Below are positions 23,520 to 36,084 of a stretch of DNA of 64,000 bases, in pieces. Position 1 is the first letter of the stretch. The number at the start of each line of letters is the position of its first letter. The translations under genes were made by a program, and so were the position numbers. This stretch comes from Podarcis muralis (taxonomy: Eukaryota): assembly GCF_964188315.1 (NCBI RefSeq), contig NC_135667.1, positions 24,738,001-24,802,000 of the forward strand, written 5' to 3'. The notes under the pieces were generated by a model. It saw only the letters and a program-made list of their open reading frames with translations. It searched no databases and was not told the origin of the DNA.

Positions 23520-26110
23520 AGGATAATATCTGTATAGAGTATAACACTAATTATAGAAAACCTGAAATTCTATGAGGAAACTTTGAAGCAGCTAAATAGA
23601 TTTAGCTTTGTTTTCTCAATTGATCTAGAAGGGATACATTGCTTATATTGCAAATTGTGAAAATTGGTGTGGTGGTTAAAATATCCGTCTTTGCCCTGCA
23701 GCCCTCTGCATGCTTTTTTTAATGATCTTTATTGGTTTTACAGATTTTACAAATTTGACCATCATAATACATAATACATAGCTTATTCCTTTTAACCTTA
23801 ATACTTTAACTCTAAACAAGTTTGTACTTCCTTCCTTCCTTCTAGGTTTCTCTATATTTTCTGTATATTTACGCATTTGTCATGCTTACATTCTATGTGT
23901 ACTTAATACTATGGAATAATACTATTCAAAATTTAATTGAATATACATCCTTCAATTGTTGTAATATATTTGTTCAATGTTCTTAAATCCAAAATGAATG
24001 ATTTTTAATAAACATTATAAGGTTTATTTCAGTCCCACGAGTGTCTATTTCCAAACCCTTCTAAAACTAGTAAATCGGTGTTATCCAATTTTATCCAATC
24101 ACCCAACCATGTTATACAGGCAGCCTCATATTAAAGTTTAAGTCCCTCCACATGCTTTGGCTTCTAGCTCCCATCATAAGTGACTTTGGGCTATGCTGCC
24201 CAGGCCTTGGGTTAATTCAATAATCTACGGCCTTTAAAAGTGGGTGGGGTTGTTGTTTTTGTCTGTTACTCTATTGTGTATTTTTGTGTTTTTATATTGT
24301 AAACTGCCCTGTGATCCGCAGATGAAAGGTGGCATAGAATTGCTGTGGTTGTTGTTTTGCTTAATCTGAATTTTATTGTATTTCACTTAAGGTGTAATAA
24401 CTTTAATAAGTTGAATGAATGAATTTTCTATGGAAAAGTGAAGCAATGGGAATTACCGCTCACACCTTTAGCAGTGGGCGGGGTTCGCAACCCAGCTCAG
24501 GCTTCCTGTGCCAGGGTGATGCCCCTCTGCATGCAGGCCATCGTTCTACTCCCTCCCTGGCTAGCCAATCAGCTGCAGGCTGGGGGGTGGAGCAAGGGCC
24601 AGGTAAGAAGGGCTCCAACTGACCTTCCTCCCAGTCGGTCTTTGGAGTAAAGCAATGGGAAACATTTTAACCCACACTTACACCACTACACCTAATTGTG
24701 GTTCCCTATCCACCACTGGACCTAACGGTCAGGGCTACCTTTACCTTTACCCTCCAAAATGTCCCTATTTTCATCAGAGGAATGTTGGAGGGTATGTGTT
24801 TTCCCTGACTTTTGCCTGGCTCATGTTAATGGTTCAGAGTGTTTGTCCTGCTTGCACCTTTGATACAAGAATCAGCTCCTGGTGAACTATGTATAGCTCT
24901 TGATATAACATCTTTCTTGTCCATTGCAATGGAAGGCAACAGTCTTTCTCTTTTTTGTAATAGTATTTTGTTCTTTTTTCCATATCCAAAGTTACATTTA
25001 TTACTCAACAATTATATTCCAATCCAGCAAAACTAGTGACTTCCCGCTCACCCAACATCAATGTTTATAACTCAGATTACATACAATTGCATTTTAAGGT
25101 TTCGTCTTATCTAATTTAATTCCCTCTAACATGTTTGTACATATATTCAGCTGTTTTATTACACTTCAGTGCCATCAATTCTGCCATCTCTGCATATTCC
25201 AAGATTTTCATCAACCATTCTTCCTTCATTTCATTTCTGCTGCTATAGTCACATATATAAATATCATTGAGGGATTCCTTGGGATTTCATTGTCTAATAT
25301 CCCTAACAGAAAGGATTCCTGCCCCCCCCCCCTTAATTTCATTATGTCCCCAAAAGCCTTTGAAATGGCAACAGACTTCCTAACTCCAAATGTGCAGGGA
25401 GGATCAGATGAACACATTGCAAACTGACGGGAAAAATTGGAGTCACCATTAACCTGTAGAGGTACTCTGCTGCACAGGAACACTGAGGATTGCATTTTGC
25501 TTAAATTTATGACTTAGAAACCAGGAAGATAAGACTCCCTATGCCCAGCATTTCAGAAGTTCTCATCTTCATCCCAGCTTTATCCCACAGAAGCAGCAGA
25601 ATAAATTGCATATTTCAAAAAACCATTTTCTCTTTAGTTTTGTTTATTGGCTGACAGCTCAAAGGAGAAACAGAAGGGCAGTGATAAACACACAATCTGT
25701 ATACAATCTTCATCCTCTGAATCTTGCCTGTCTGCAGAATAAGGCATAACCTTTCCTCTACCATCTACTGGTTATGTTCATCCCTTAACATTCCAGGGAG
25801 CTAGGATCACTTTCATCTCTATATTAGAGAGGATGGATGTATCAGTGATTGGTTGTGGCCTGCACTTGCTGACTTTGCAACAGACTGTCTAAAGTTGAAC
25901 ATATCTTTCTTGAATAAACAAATCTTTGGTTATTTCTAGGTGTGAGTTCTTTAGTGGATACAAGGGTTTACAATAAACAAAATAAGGCACATTTATGTCT
26001 CTACTCAAAATTCCTTGCAGAACTACTCATGTAGAGTTGACATGCAGGTGGGACTTGCTTTGATAGTTTCATTCTCACTTTAACCTATTATAGGCTCAGG
26101 TAGCTCCTTT

Positions 26111-26328
26111 TGTGATTCAAGGACCCGCCACCCACTTGAGGATGATCCGACGAAAACCAGCAATGCAATGAAGGGGGAATGCTGCTGTGGCGGCATTTGA
26201 GCAGCTAAACCCCGCCCCCAAGCATCTACCTGATTGGTTGGCTGCCAGGGGGCATGGCGTGGCAGCTGGGACAGCTAGGCAGGGGCCAGAACGCCCCCTG
26301 CCAACGCGGGAAATGGCTCCTGCTCACA
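26111..26328 (-). mobile_element. Internally deleted solo LTR (duplicate of 33888-34647)
   Basis: TGTGA...TCACA termini; lacks the 542 bp equivalent to 33921-34462. Confidence 0.6.
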
Positions 26329-26490
26329 ACTCCTCCCCTCTGTAAGAAGGAGAGGCTTTACAAAAAGGTTTATAAAATGTGAAGAAACTCCATCTGGGTG
26401 CAGTGCAAAAGCATCAGGAACATTCAGACATACAGTTACTACCTATCCCACAAGTGCTGGTTTTAAGAGGCACTCTTTGCCAATGAGTGG

Positions 26491-26985
26491 TATTCCTCAT
26501 GGTCATGATCACACCTGCCCAAAGCCAGAATTTCCAGCCTGAGTTAGACACCAGCCAGCAGCAGAGAGGCTCGGATTTCTCTAAGGCAGAGGAGAGCTGG
26601 CACCTGCCGACTCCCCCTCCTCTTGTTGAAACTAAAAGGAATGCAGATAAGAAAGTAGCTAGAAGCAGGCTGGAACAAGCCAAAGCTCTCAGGCAGGCAC
26701 AAAGAGCAAGAGAGAGAGCTTTTCTTCACCAGAAGAGGAGTTGGTTGACACACTGAGCCCAAGAAGCTGATGAATGGGAAGGGTTTTAGACAGAAAACAA
26801 ACCAAGAAACACAAGGTTCATATATTCTGCAGACACTGGAAGCATTCCTCAGAAGGGTCAACTTGGGTGTACTAATGGACTCTCGGTGAGAGGGCCCTGA
26901 GGATAATTGCTTTGTTTGCAATAAATCTTCAAGTTAATTACTCTGGTGTACTGTGTTATTAAGTCAGCTGCCTGGACTCATTACA
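26491..26985 (+). mobile_element. LTR-like element with a short basic ORF
   Basis: Degenerate TG(T)TGC start, AATAAA at ~26920, ends TTACA. No TSD found. Duplicated at 34810-35303. Confidence 0.4.
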
Positions 26986-27109
26986 CTCATTATTAACATT
27001 GATAGTTAGAGCTATCCATGTCAGAAGAATTTCATACAGATGGGTATATCTGATATAGCTGTTGTGGAATGATTAGTTCCCTTCATAGTTTTGATATTAT
27101 TATGATAAC

Positions 27110-27388
27110 CAAAACAAACAAATTAGCAAAACTAAACAAAATGCAGTATTGTTTCTATACAGCCCTAATGCTGAGATGTGTTGAATTCCTGTGAGAGGAA
27201 ATCTCTAGAAAGACAGGAGAATTATTAATAAGTGTCTTCCCCATGTTGATTCATGATTATTGTCATCATAAATCCAACTGCTGGAGGATTGCTATAAAAT
27301 TGCAGGTATGGGTGGAGAAATATGCAGCCATTTAATTTCACTGGAGAAGCATACTGGAGAGAACCCTATGAAGAAGAAAAAAGTAAGA
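27110..27388 (+). promoter_or_regulatory. Orphan duplicate of the 36085-gene promoter / exon 1
   Basis: Near-identical to 35430-35706: TATAAAA 27293, donor GTAAGA 27383. Its native acceptor was cut off by the junction at 27721. Confidence 0.6.
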
Positions 27389-28269
27389 TACCATTCTATA
27401 TTTTTCAATTGCACTTACAATGAAAGTAATGTATTGGTCATCCTTCCTTTCTTCTTTCTCCCTAATTGTCATATTCTCTCCTACACAGATAGTCACTCTC
27501 TCCAGCAACTATCTACCTTTGTTCACAAATCTTGCATAACACAAAGTACCTCAGCATGTGTTGCATCTATTTTCTGGATATTTTCAGATACTTTCACACT
27601 AGGAAGTGAAGTGTAACTTGGATTACATGAATTTGCTATATTTTTTTAACACAGTGGTCTACAGTTGGCAACAGTAAAGTGGATGAAAAATAATAATAAT
27701 TATAACAATCCTAAATAAAATAGAGGCTTGCTGGGATTTTACCAAGTATCTGTGCTTGATTAGAAATTAAGAGAAATTGTGATATGCATGACTGACATCA
27801 GCTTGGCAGCAGGCTCCCCTCCCCACATACTCCCAGAACCAGGAGAGGGGGAGCAAAGGCAGGCCACATGCAGGTGCAGCCTCCAATTGTTTTCAAAAAG
27901 CCCTGGAGAGAAGAAGACACAGACAGCTGTGGGGAGGCACGAACTTTCAGTGTGGGCAACAGATTTCATGTAGTCAGAACTACTGATTTCATGGAGTCAG
28001 TCATGAGCTGCTGCGGTCATTAGGCATGAAACTCAGATCTGTCTCACTAATAAAGAGATAACGCCAGCTTGAACTGTGTGATTTATTGACCAGCTTGCCT
28101 TGTGACCCAAGGCTTTATGTGGTGCTGCTCATCATTAACACTGGCATTTAGAGGTTTCCATGCCAGAAGAATTGCATGCAAATGAGTACATTTGCGAAAA
28201 CTGTGGTGGAATGATTAGTTCCCCTCTTAGTTTTGTTATTCTCATGCTACCCTAAACAAACAGGCTTCC

Positions 28270-28533
28270 CTAATCAAATTAGCAAAACTGACCAAAATAT
28301 ATTATTGTTTCTGTACAACCCTAATGCTGAGATGTGTTGAATTCCCATGAGAACTAATCTCTAGGAAGACAGAAGATATATTAATAAATTTCTTTCCCAT
28401 GTTGATAAATGTTTATTGTCCTATTAGATACCCATGTAAGTGGATTCTTATAAAATAGCACGTTTGGCTGGAGTGGCATTTAGTCATTTAATTGCACTGG
28501 AGAAGTAAAAGAATATGAAGAAAAATAGTAAGA
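28270..28533 (+). promoter_or_regulatory. OR promoter / exon 1 module for the 30414 gene
   Basis: O/E-like TCCCATGAGA (28343-28352), TATAAAA (28449), donor aata|GTAAGA (28528); acceptor at 30409. Confidence 0.6.
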
Positions 28534-30413
28534 TACTTTCTTTGAATTTTCTGAATGAAAGAAATGAACTGGTCACCCTCCCTTCGTCATCTCTGTCATA
28601 TTCTCTCCTGCACCAATAGTCACTCTCTACCTCTGTTCATGAATCTGGCATAATACAAGGTACATCAACATGTGTTGCATCTATTTTCTGGATATTTTCA
28701 GATGTTTTCATACTAGGAAGTGAACTGCAACTTTAATTGAATTAATTTGCTGTAGATTTCTAACTCAGAGGTCTACAGTCGGCAATGGGACTAGTCACTG
28801 ATATTGAATGTAAATTCACATTTAAATTGAATATCCATTTTTCTCTTCTGGGAAAATATCTGAGGAGTTTTAAAAACAGGATTTTTAAATTATTATTTCT
28901 TAAAACCCTGGTGATGTTGAGCCCTGTCAAATAATTAGGGTAAAGGCTTTGTATATCCTGGGCAAATATTGACTGAAATAATACTGTGACTAACTGGATG
29001 ATTTTGTGGCAATTGTGGTGCAGCTTCACATTATACTCTGTGAAGCCTAAATTCCTATTTTTCTTTAGGACTTTCTTTTCATTTCGTCCTAGCTGATGTT
29101 TATATGATGTGTATTTTACTATATTTTCTCTCTCTCACTTTTGAATTGTAACTGACACACTATTTTTTTCTTTGGACTGGTTACAAGTCCAAACTTCGCT
29201 CTGCCCATATCACCTGTCATATTTCTACCACTGTTCATCTGCAGCCATTTCTTGGACACCAATTTCTTTTCTATTCTTTCAAAATCTTCCATCCAGTGGA
29301 AAGGAGGCAACCATTGTCACATAGGAAAGTGCCTCATGCTGAGTCAGACCATTGATACCTCTACCTCAGCATTGCCAGTGGTGGAGCATCCATGTTGTAT
29401 ACTGAAGATCCCAAGCATCTTCAGCTAGGGCAGGTGGGAAATAATGTCTGAATGTCTTTCATTGTAGTCAAAACTGAGCTACACGGACCACTGGTTTTGA
29501 CCCAGTATAAACTGGCTACCTATGTTGTTATGTACACCAGCCTCCCTGAACCTGCTGCCCTCCTTAGGTTTTGGACTACAATTCCTTTGACCCAGGCAGC
29601 ACAGCCAGTGCTTACGAAGTTCTAGTCCAAAATATCTGAAGGGCACCAGGCTGGGGAAAGGTGGGCTACCCTGATTGGCAGCAGCTCCACAGGATGTCAG
29701 GCAGTGGTCTTTCTTAGTCCTCCTTGGAGATCCCAGATGCTGACCTGTGGAAACATGTGCTCTTTCCCTAAGCTGGGACCTTTCCCATTAAATTAGAAGC
29801 TTACTGTAGTTTTACCAAGCATCTGACCCTGATGAGAAATCAAGAGAAACAAAGGAATAGTAAAAGCCCTCCTTAGTAATTAGCCGGATGGTAAAGATGA
29901 TGACTTTTGACTGTGATGAGTAAACTCATGTCAGATTCACACTGTCATCATGGTTTCTAATAAATTATGAAATGGCCTTTTGCCTTCTAAAATTGAGCTA
30001 TGGCATTATATTAGGGGGGACAGAATATCAGGCTAGTATTGACTGGAATTTCACAACATTATTGTGCATGTATCTGATCCACATTCAAAAGATTCAGTCA
30101 GCAGAAAGTGGGATATTTGGCACCTAACTCCTTTAAATAGTCAAGCTCTTAAGGGAAATAGTGAATCAGTGGTATGAACAAACAATAATGACCTTGCAAA
30201 TATAATTACATTGCTAATAATAATAGCACTAGTATTCACAGCCATCATCATCATTTGCGGGCTCATCCCCCCCCCCAAAAAAAATAATAATTACTGACTC
30301 CTTCAGAACGTTGCTGCCTGCTACAATAACTAAACACCATCATCAGCAACAAAAACTTAAATGAGAGGGGTAACCGTCTCAACAGCGGTATTTCTGCTTC
30401 CTTCCATAGCAAC

Positions 30414-31388
30414 ATGAATGTGAAGAAGCAGAGCATGGATAATCAATCATCTTTTTCAGAATTTCTCCTCCTAGAATTCTCAGAAGTTCGGGAACTGCAA
30501 ATTCTACATTCCATTATATTCCTGGTATTGTACTTGGCAACTGTCACAGGGAATCTTCTCATCATCTCTGCAGTAGCCTTTGACCACCACCTGCACACCC
30601 CTATGTACTTCTTCCTGATGAACTTGGCCATGCAGGACCTGGGACAAGTTTCAGTCATTAATCCCAAATCCATGCTCAATTCCCTCATGAATACCAGGTA
30701 CATTTCCTACTCTGGGTGTGTTGCACAAGTACTATTGTTTATGTCATTTATGGCATCTGATTTCTTTCTTCTCACAGTCATGGCATATGATCGGTATGTT
30801 GCCATTTGCAAACCATTGCAGTATGGGGTGCTGATGAATAGGCAAGCCTATATTCAAATGATTAGCAGTGTATGGATCAGCAGCATTTTCTATGGAGTGT
30901 TACACACGGGAGGAACCTTTGCATCCCCCTTTTGTTCCAATGAAGTCAATCAATTTTTTTGTGAAATCCCGCAGTTACTTAAGCTGGCCTGCACTGATTT
31001 GTATCTAATGGAAATAGGAGTTCTTGTGTTAAGCGGTGTCATTGGAGTTGGCTGTTTTATCTTCATCATCATAACCTATGTGTACATCTTCAATGCCGTG
31101 CTGAAAATCCCCTCAACTGAAGGAAGGCGAAAGGCTTTCTCAACCTGCCTTCCCCATCTCATAGTTTATGCCCTATTTGTATTTACTGGATACTTTGCGT
31201 ACTTCAAGCCTACCTCTAATACCTCACCATATCTAGATTTGGCATTTACAGTGATGTATTCCATGGTTCCACCCTTGATGAATCCAGTAATCTATAGCAT
31301 GAGAAATAAGGAGATTAAAAATGCTCTATCAAAGCTACTGCGTTTGCCTCACTCCTCTATGAAAAACTTTTCCAGTCTTATTTTATGA
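30414..31388 (+). CDS. Olfactory receptor, OR14-like, intact (324 aa), duplicate B
   Basis: All canonical motifs; 3 amino-acid differences from 22545. Confidence 0.95.
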   Translation: MNVKKQSMDNQSSFSEFLLLEFSEVRELQILHSIIFLVLYLATVTGNLLIISAVAFDHHLHTPMYFFLMNLAMQDLGQVSVINPKSMLNSLMNTRYISYSGCVAQVLLFMSFMASDFFLLTVMAYDRYVAICKPLQYGVLMNRQAYIQMISSVWISSIFYGVLHTGGTFASPFCSNEVNQFFCEIPQLLKLACTDLYLMEIGVLVLSGVIGVGCFIFIIITYVYIFNAVLKIPSTEGRRKAFSTCLPHLIVYALFVFTGYFAYFKPTSNTSPYLDLAFTVMYSMVPPLMNPVIYSMRNKEIKNALSKLLRLPHSSMKNFSSLIL

Positions 31389-33887
31389 AGGATAATATCT
31401 GTATAGAGTATAACACTAATTATAGAAAACCTGAAATTCTATGAGGAAACTTTGAAGCAGCTAAATAGATTTAGCTTTGTTTTCTCAATTGATCTAGAAG
31501 GGGTACATTGCTTATATTGCAAATTGTGAAAATTGGTGTAGTGGTTAAAATATCCGTCTTCGCCCTGCAGCCCTCTGCATGATTTTTTTTATGATCTTTA
31601 TTGGTTTTACAGATTTTACAAATTTCACCATCATAATACATAATACATACCTTATTCCTTTTAACCTTAATACTTTAACTCTAAACAAGTTTGTACTTCC
31701 TTCCTTCCTTCTAGGTTTCTCTATATTTTCTGTATATTTACACATTTGTCATGTTTACATTCTATGTGTACTTAATACTATGGAATATTACTATTCAAAA
31801 TTTAATTAAATATACATCCTTCAATTGTTGTAATATATTTGTTCAATGCTCTTAAATCCAAAATGAATGATTTTTAATAAACATTATAAGGTTTATTTCA
31901 GTCCCGTGAGTGTCTATTTCCAAACCCTTCTAAAACTAGTAAATCGGTGTTATCCAATTTTATCCAATCACCCAACCATGTTATACAGGCAGCCTCATAG
32001 TAAAGTTTAAGGCCCTCTGCATGCTTTTTCTCTAGCTCCCATCATAAGTGACTTTGGGCTATGCTGCCCAGGCCTTGGGCTAATTCAATAATCTATGGCC
32101 TTTAAAAGTGGGTTGGGTTGTTGTTTTTGTCTGTTACTCTATTGTGTATTTTTGTGTTTTTATATTGTAAACTGCCCTGTGATCCGCAGATGAAAGGTGG
32201 CATAGAATTGCTGTGGTTGTTGTTTTGCTTAATCTGAATTTTACTGTATTTCACTTAAGGTGTAATAACTGTAATAAGTTGAATGAATGAATTTTCTATG
32301 GAAAAGTGAAGCAATGGGAATTACCGCTCACACCTTTAGCAGTGGGCGGGGTTTGCAACCCAGCTCAGGCTTCCTGTGCCAGGGTGATGCCCCTCTGCAT
32401 GCAGGCCATCGTTCTACTCCCTCCCTGGCTAGCCAATCAGCTGCAGGCTGGGGGGGGGGGGTGGAGCAAGGGCCAGGTAAGAAGGGCTCCAACAGACCTT
32501 CCTCCCAGTCGGTCTTTGGAGTAAAGCAATGGGAAACATTTTAACCCACACTTACACCACTACACCTAATTGTGGTTGCCTATCCAGCACTGGACCTAAC
32601 GGTCAGGGCTACCTTTACCTTTACCCTCCAAAATGCACCTTTGATACAAGTATCAGCTCCTGGTGAACTATGTATAGCTCTTGATATAACATCTTTCTTG
32701 TCCATTGCAATGGAAGGCAACAGTCTTTCTCTTTTTTGTAATAGTATTTTGTTCTTTTTTCCATATCCAAAGTTACATTTGTTACTCAATAATTATATTC
32801 CAATCCAGCAAAACTAGTGACTTCCCGCTCACCCAACATCAATGTTTATAACTCAGATTACATACAATTGCATTTTAATGTTTTGTCTTATCTAATTTAA
32901 TTCCCTCTAACACGTTTGTACACATATTCTGCTGCTTTCTTACACTTCAGTGCCATCAATTCTGCCATCTCTGCATATTCCAAGATTTTCATCAACCATT
33001 CTTCCTTCATTCCATTTCTGCTGCTGTAGTCACATATATAAATAGCATTGAGGGATTCATTGGGATTTCATTGTCTAATATCCCTAACAGAAAGGATTCC
33101 TGCCCCCCCTTAATTTCATTATGTCCCCAAAAGCCTTTGAAATGGCAACAGACTTCCTAACTCCAAATGTGCAGGGAGGATCAGATGAACACATTGCAAA
33201 CTGACGGGAAAAATTGGAGTCACCATTAACCTGTAGAGGTACTCTGCTGCACAGGAACACTGAGGATTGCATTTTGCTTAAATTTATGACTTAGAAACCA
33301 GGAAGATAAGACTCCCTATGCCCAGCATTTCAGAAGTTCTCATCTTCATCCCAGCTTTATCCCATAGAAGCAGCAGAATAAATTGCATATTTCAAAAAAC
33401 CCTTTTCTCTTTAGTTTTGTTTATTGGCTGACAGCTCGAAGGAGAAACAGAAGGGCAGTGATAAACACACAATCTGTATACAATCTTCATCCTCTGAATC
33501 TTGCCTGTCTGCAGAATAAGGCATAACCTTTCCTCTACCATCTACTGGTTATGTTCATCCCTTAACATTCCAGGGAGCTAGGATCACTTTCATCTCTATA
33601 TTAGAGAGGATGGATGTATCAGTGATTGGTTGTGGCCTGCACTTGCTGACTTTGCAACAGACTGTCTAAAGTTGAACATATCTTTCTTGAATAAACAAAT
33701 CTTTGGTTATTTCTAGGTGTGAGTTCTTTAGTGGATACAAGGGTTTACAATAAACAAAATGAGGCACATTTATGTCTCTACTCAAAATTCCTTGCAGAAC
33801 TACTCATGTGGAGTTGACATGCAGGTGGGACTTGCTTTGATAGTTTCATTCTCACTTTAACCTATTATAGGCTCAGGTAGCTCCTTT

Positions 33888-34647
33888 TGTGATTCAAGGA
33901 CCCACCACCCACTTGAGGATAAGAAAGACACAGGGACACAGTATATTAGGTTAATGGGCTAAAAAAGACCACAACTTACAGCATGTGAGATGTATTGGCT
34001 TAGGCATTGCATCAAACAACAGAGCGTGACTCCCCTCCCCCCTCAGGGAGCTGTGAGTCTAACCAGGGTTAACCACCAGTGGGAGGAGCCTGTTGATGCA
34101 AATACAACTGAAAGCTCCCCCTGATGTCACCGGGGGTCATGCCATGGCCCTAGCCACCAGCAGGGGCATCAGACAGGATCCACGACTACCAGATTCCTTT
34201 ACTGGAATACCCGTAAAGTGGAGGGGTAGGCGGTGGCCATACCCTGCCCTCCAAATACACAAACATATTCCAGTGCCTAACCTCCAATACCTAAAAAGTT
34301 GTGACGATTTGCTACAAAGTAGACGAAAGACCAAGTGGCCGGTGCCATTTTGACAGTTGGATAAAAATTCCTACCAGGCCCCTTGGACAACCAAGGTGAC
34401 CAACCAAAGGTCCATAGCAATGTCAAGAACCAAGGAATGAACTGAAGGGAGGGTGGGTGGGTGATCCGACGAAAACCAGCAACGCAATGAAGGGGAAATG
34501 CTGCTGTGGCGACATTTGAGCAGCTAAACCCCGCCCCCAAGCATGCACCTGATTGGTTGGCTGCCAGGGGGCATGGCGTGGCAGCCGGGACAGCTAGGCA
34601 GGGGCCAGAACGCCCCCTGCCAATGTGGGAAACGGCTCCCACTCACA
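33888..34647 (-). mobile_element. Solo LTR (family shared with 45052 and 60330)
   Basis: TGTGA...TCACA termini; CCAAT and GC boxes on the minus strand; shared core GCAAATCGTCACAACTT and TTCG(TCG)GATCACCC; absent from the paralogous site near 39175. Confidence 0.65.
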
Positions 34648-34809
34648 ACTCCTCCCCTCTGTAAGAAGGAGAGGCTTTACAAAAAGGTTTATAAAACGTG
34701 AACAAACTCCATCTGGGTGCAGTGCAAAAGCATCAGGAACATTCAGACATACAGTTACTACTTATCCCACAGGTGCTGGTTTTAAGAGGCACTCTTTGCC
34801 AATGAGTGG

Positions 34810-35303
34810 TATTGCTCATGGTCATAATCACACCTGCCCAAAGCCAGAATTTCCAGCCTGAGTTAGACACCAGCCAGCAGCAGAGAGGCTCAGATTTCTC
34901 TCAGGCAGAGGAGAGCTGACACCTGCCGACTCCCCCTCCTCTTGTTGAAACTAAAAGGAATGCAGATAAGAAAGTAGCTAGAAGAAGACTGGAACAAGCC
35001 AAAGCTCTCAGGCAGGCACAAAAAGCAAGAGAGAGAGAGCTTGTCTTCACCAGAAGAGGAGTTGGTCGACACAGTGAGCCCAAGAAGCTGATGAATGGGA
35101 AGGGTTTTAGACAGAAAACAAACCAAGAAACACAAGGTTCATAGGTTCAGTATATTCTGCAGACACTGGAAGCATTCCTCAGAAGGGTCAACTTGGGTGT
35201 ACTAATGGACGCTCGGCGAGAGGGCCCTGAGGATAATTGCTTTGTTTGCAATAAATCTTCAAGTTAATTACTCTGGTGTACTGTGCTGCCTGGACTCATT
35301 ACA
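34810..35303 (+). mobile_element. LTR-like element (duplicate of 26491-26985)
   Basis: Colinear duplicate; the short ORF has a TGG>TGA change and a 2-nt AG slip. Confidence 0.4.
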
Positions 35304-35429
35304 CTCATTATTAACATTGATAGTTAGAGCTATCCATGTCAGAAGAATTTCATACAGATGGGTATATCTGATATAGCTGTTGTGGAATGATTAGTTCCCT
35401 TCATAGTTTTGATATTATTATGATAACCA

Positions 35430-35706
35430 AAACAAACAAATTAGCAAAACTAAACAAAATGCAGTATTGTTTCTATACAGCCCTAATGCTGAGATGTGTT
35501 GAATTCCTGTGAGAGGAAATCTCTAGAAAGACAGGAGAATTATTAATAAGTGTCTTCCCCATGTTGATTCATGATTATTGTCATGATAAATCCAACTGCT
35601 GGAGGATTGCTATAAAATTGCAGGTATGGGTGGAGAAATATGCAGCCATTTAATTTCACTGGAGAAGCATGCTGGAGAGAACCCTATGAAGAAGAAAAAA
35701 GTAAGA
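35430..35706 (+). promoter_or_regulatory. OR promoter / exon 1 module for the 36085 gene
   Basis: AAATTAGCAAAAC, O/E-like TCCTGTGAGA (35505), TATAAAA (35611), donor GTAAGA (35701). Predicted 380-bp intron runs to the acceptor at 36080. Confidence 0.6.
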
Positions 35707-36084
35707 TACCATTCTATATTTTTCAATTGCACTTACAATGAAAGTAATGTATTGGTCATCCTTCCTTTCTTCTTTCTCCCTAACTGTCATATTCTCTCCT
35801 ACACAGATAGTCACTCTCTCCAGCAACTATCTACCTTTGTTCACAAATCTTGCATAACACAAAGTACCTCAGCATGTGTTGCATCTATTTTCTGGATATT
35901 TTCAGATACGTTCACACTAGGAAGCGAAGTGTAACTTGGATTACATGAATTTGCTATATATTTTTAACACAGTGGTCTACAGTTGGCAACAGTAAAGTGG
36001 ATGAAAAATAATAACAATAATAACAATCCTAAATAAAATGGGCTCCCCTTTTAACAGCTGGTTTCTGCTTCCTTCCATAGCAAC

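Larger units (their letters stand above)
19881..27721 (+). repeat. Tandem segmental duplication, unit A (7841 bp)
   Basis: Colinear high-identity match to 27722-36039 across promoter, intron, OR and 3' flank. Confidence 0.9.
27722..36039 (+). repeat. Tandem segmental duplication, unit B (8318 bp)
   Basis: Colinear with unit A; AAT microhomology at the junction. Confidence 0.9.
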
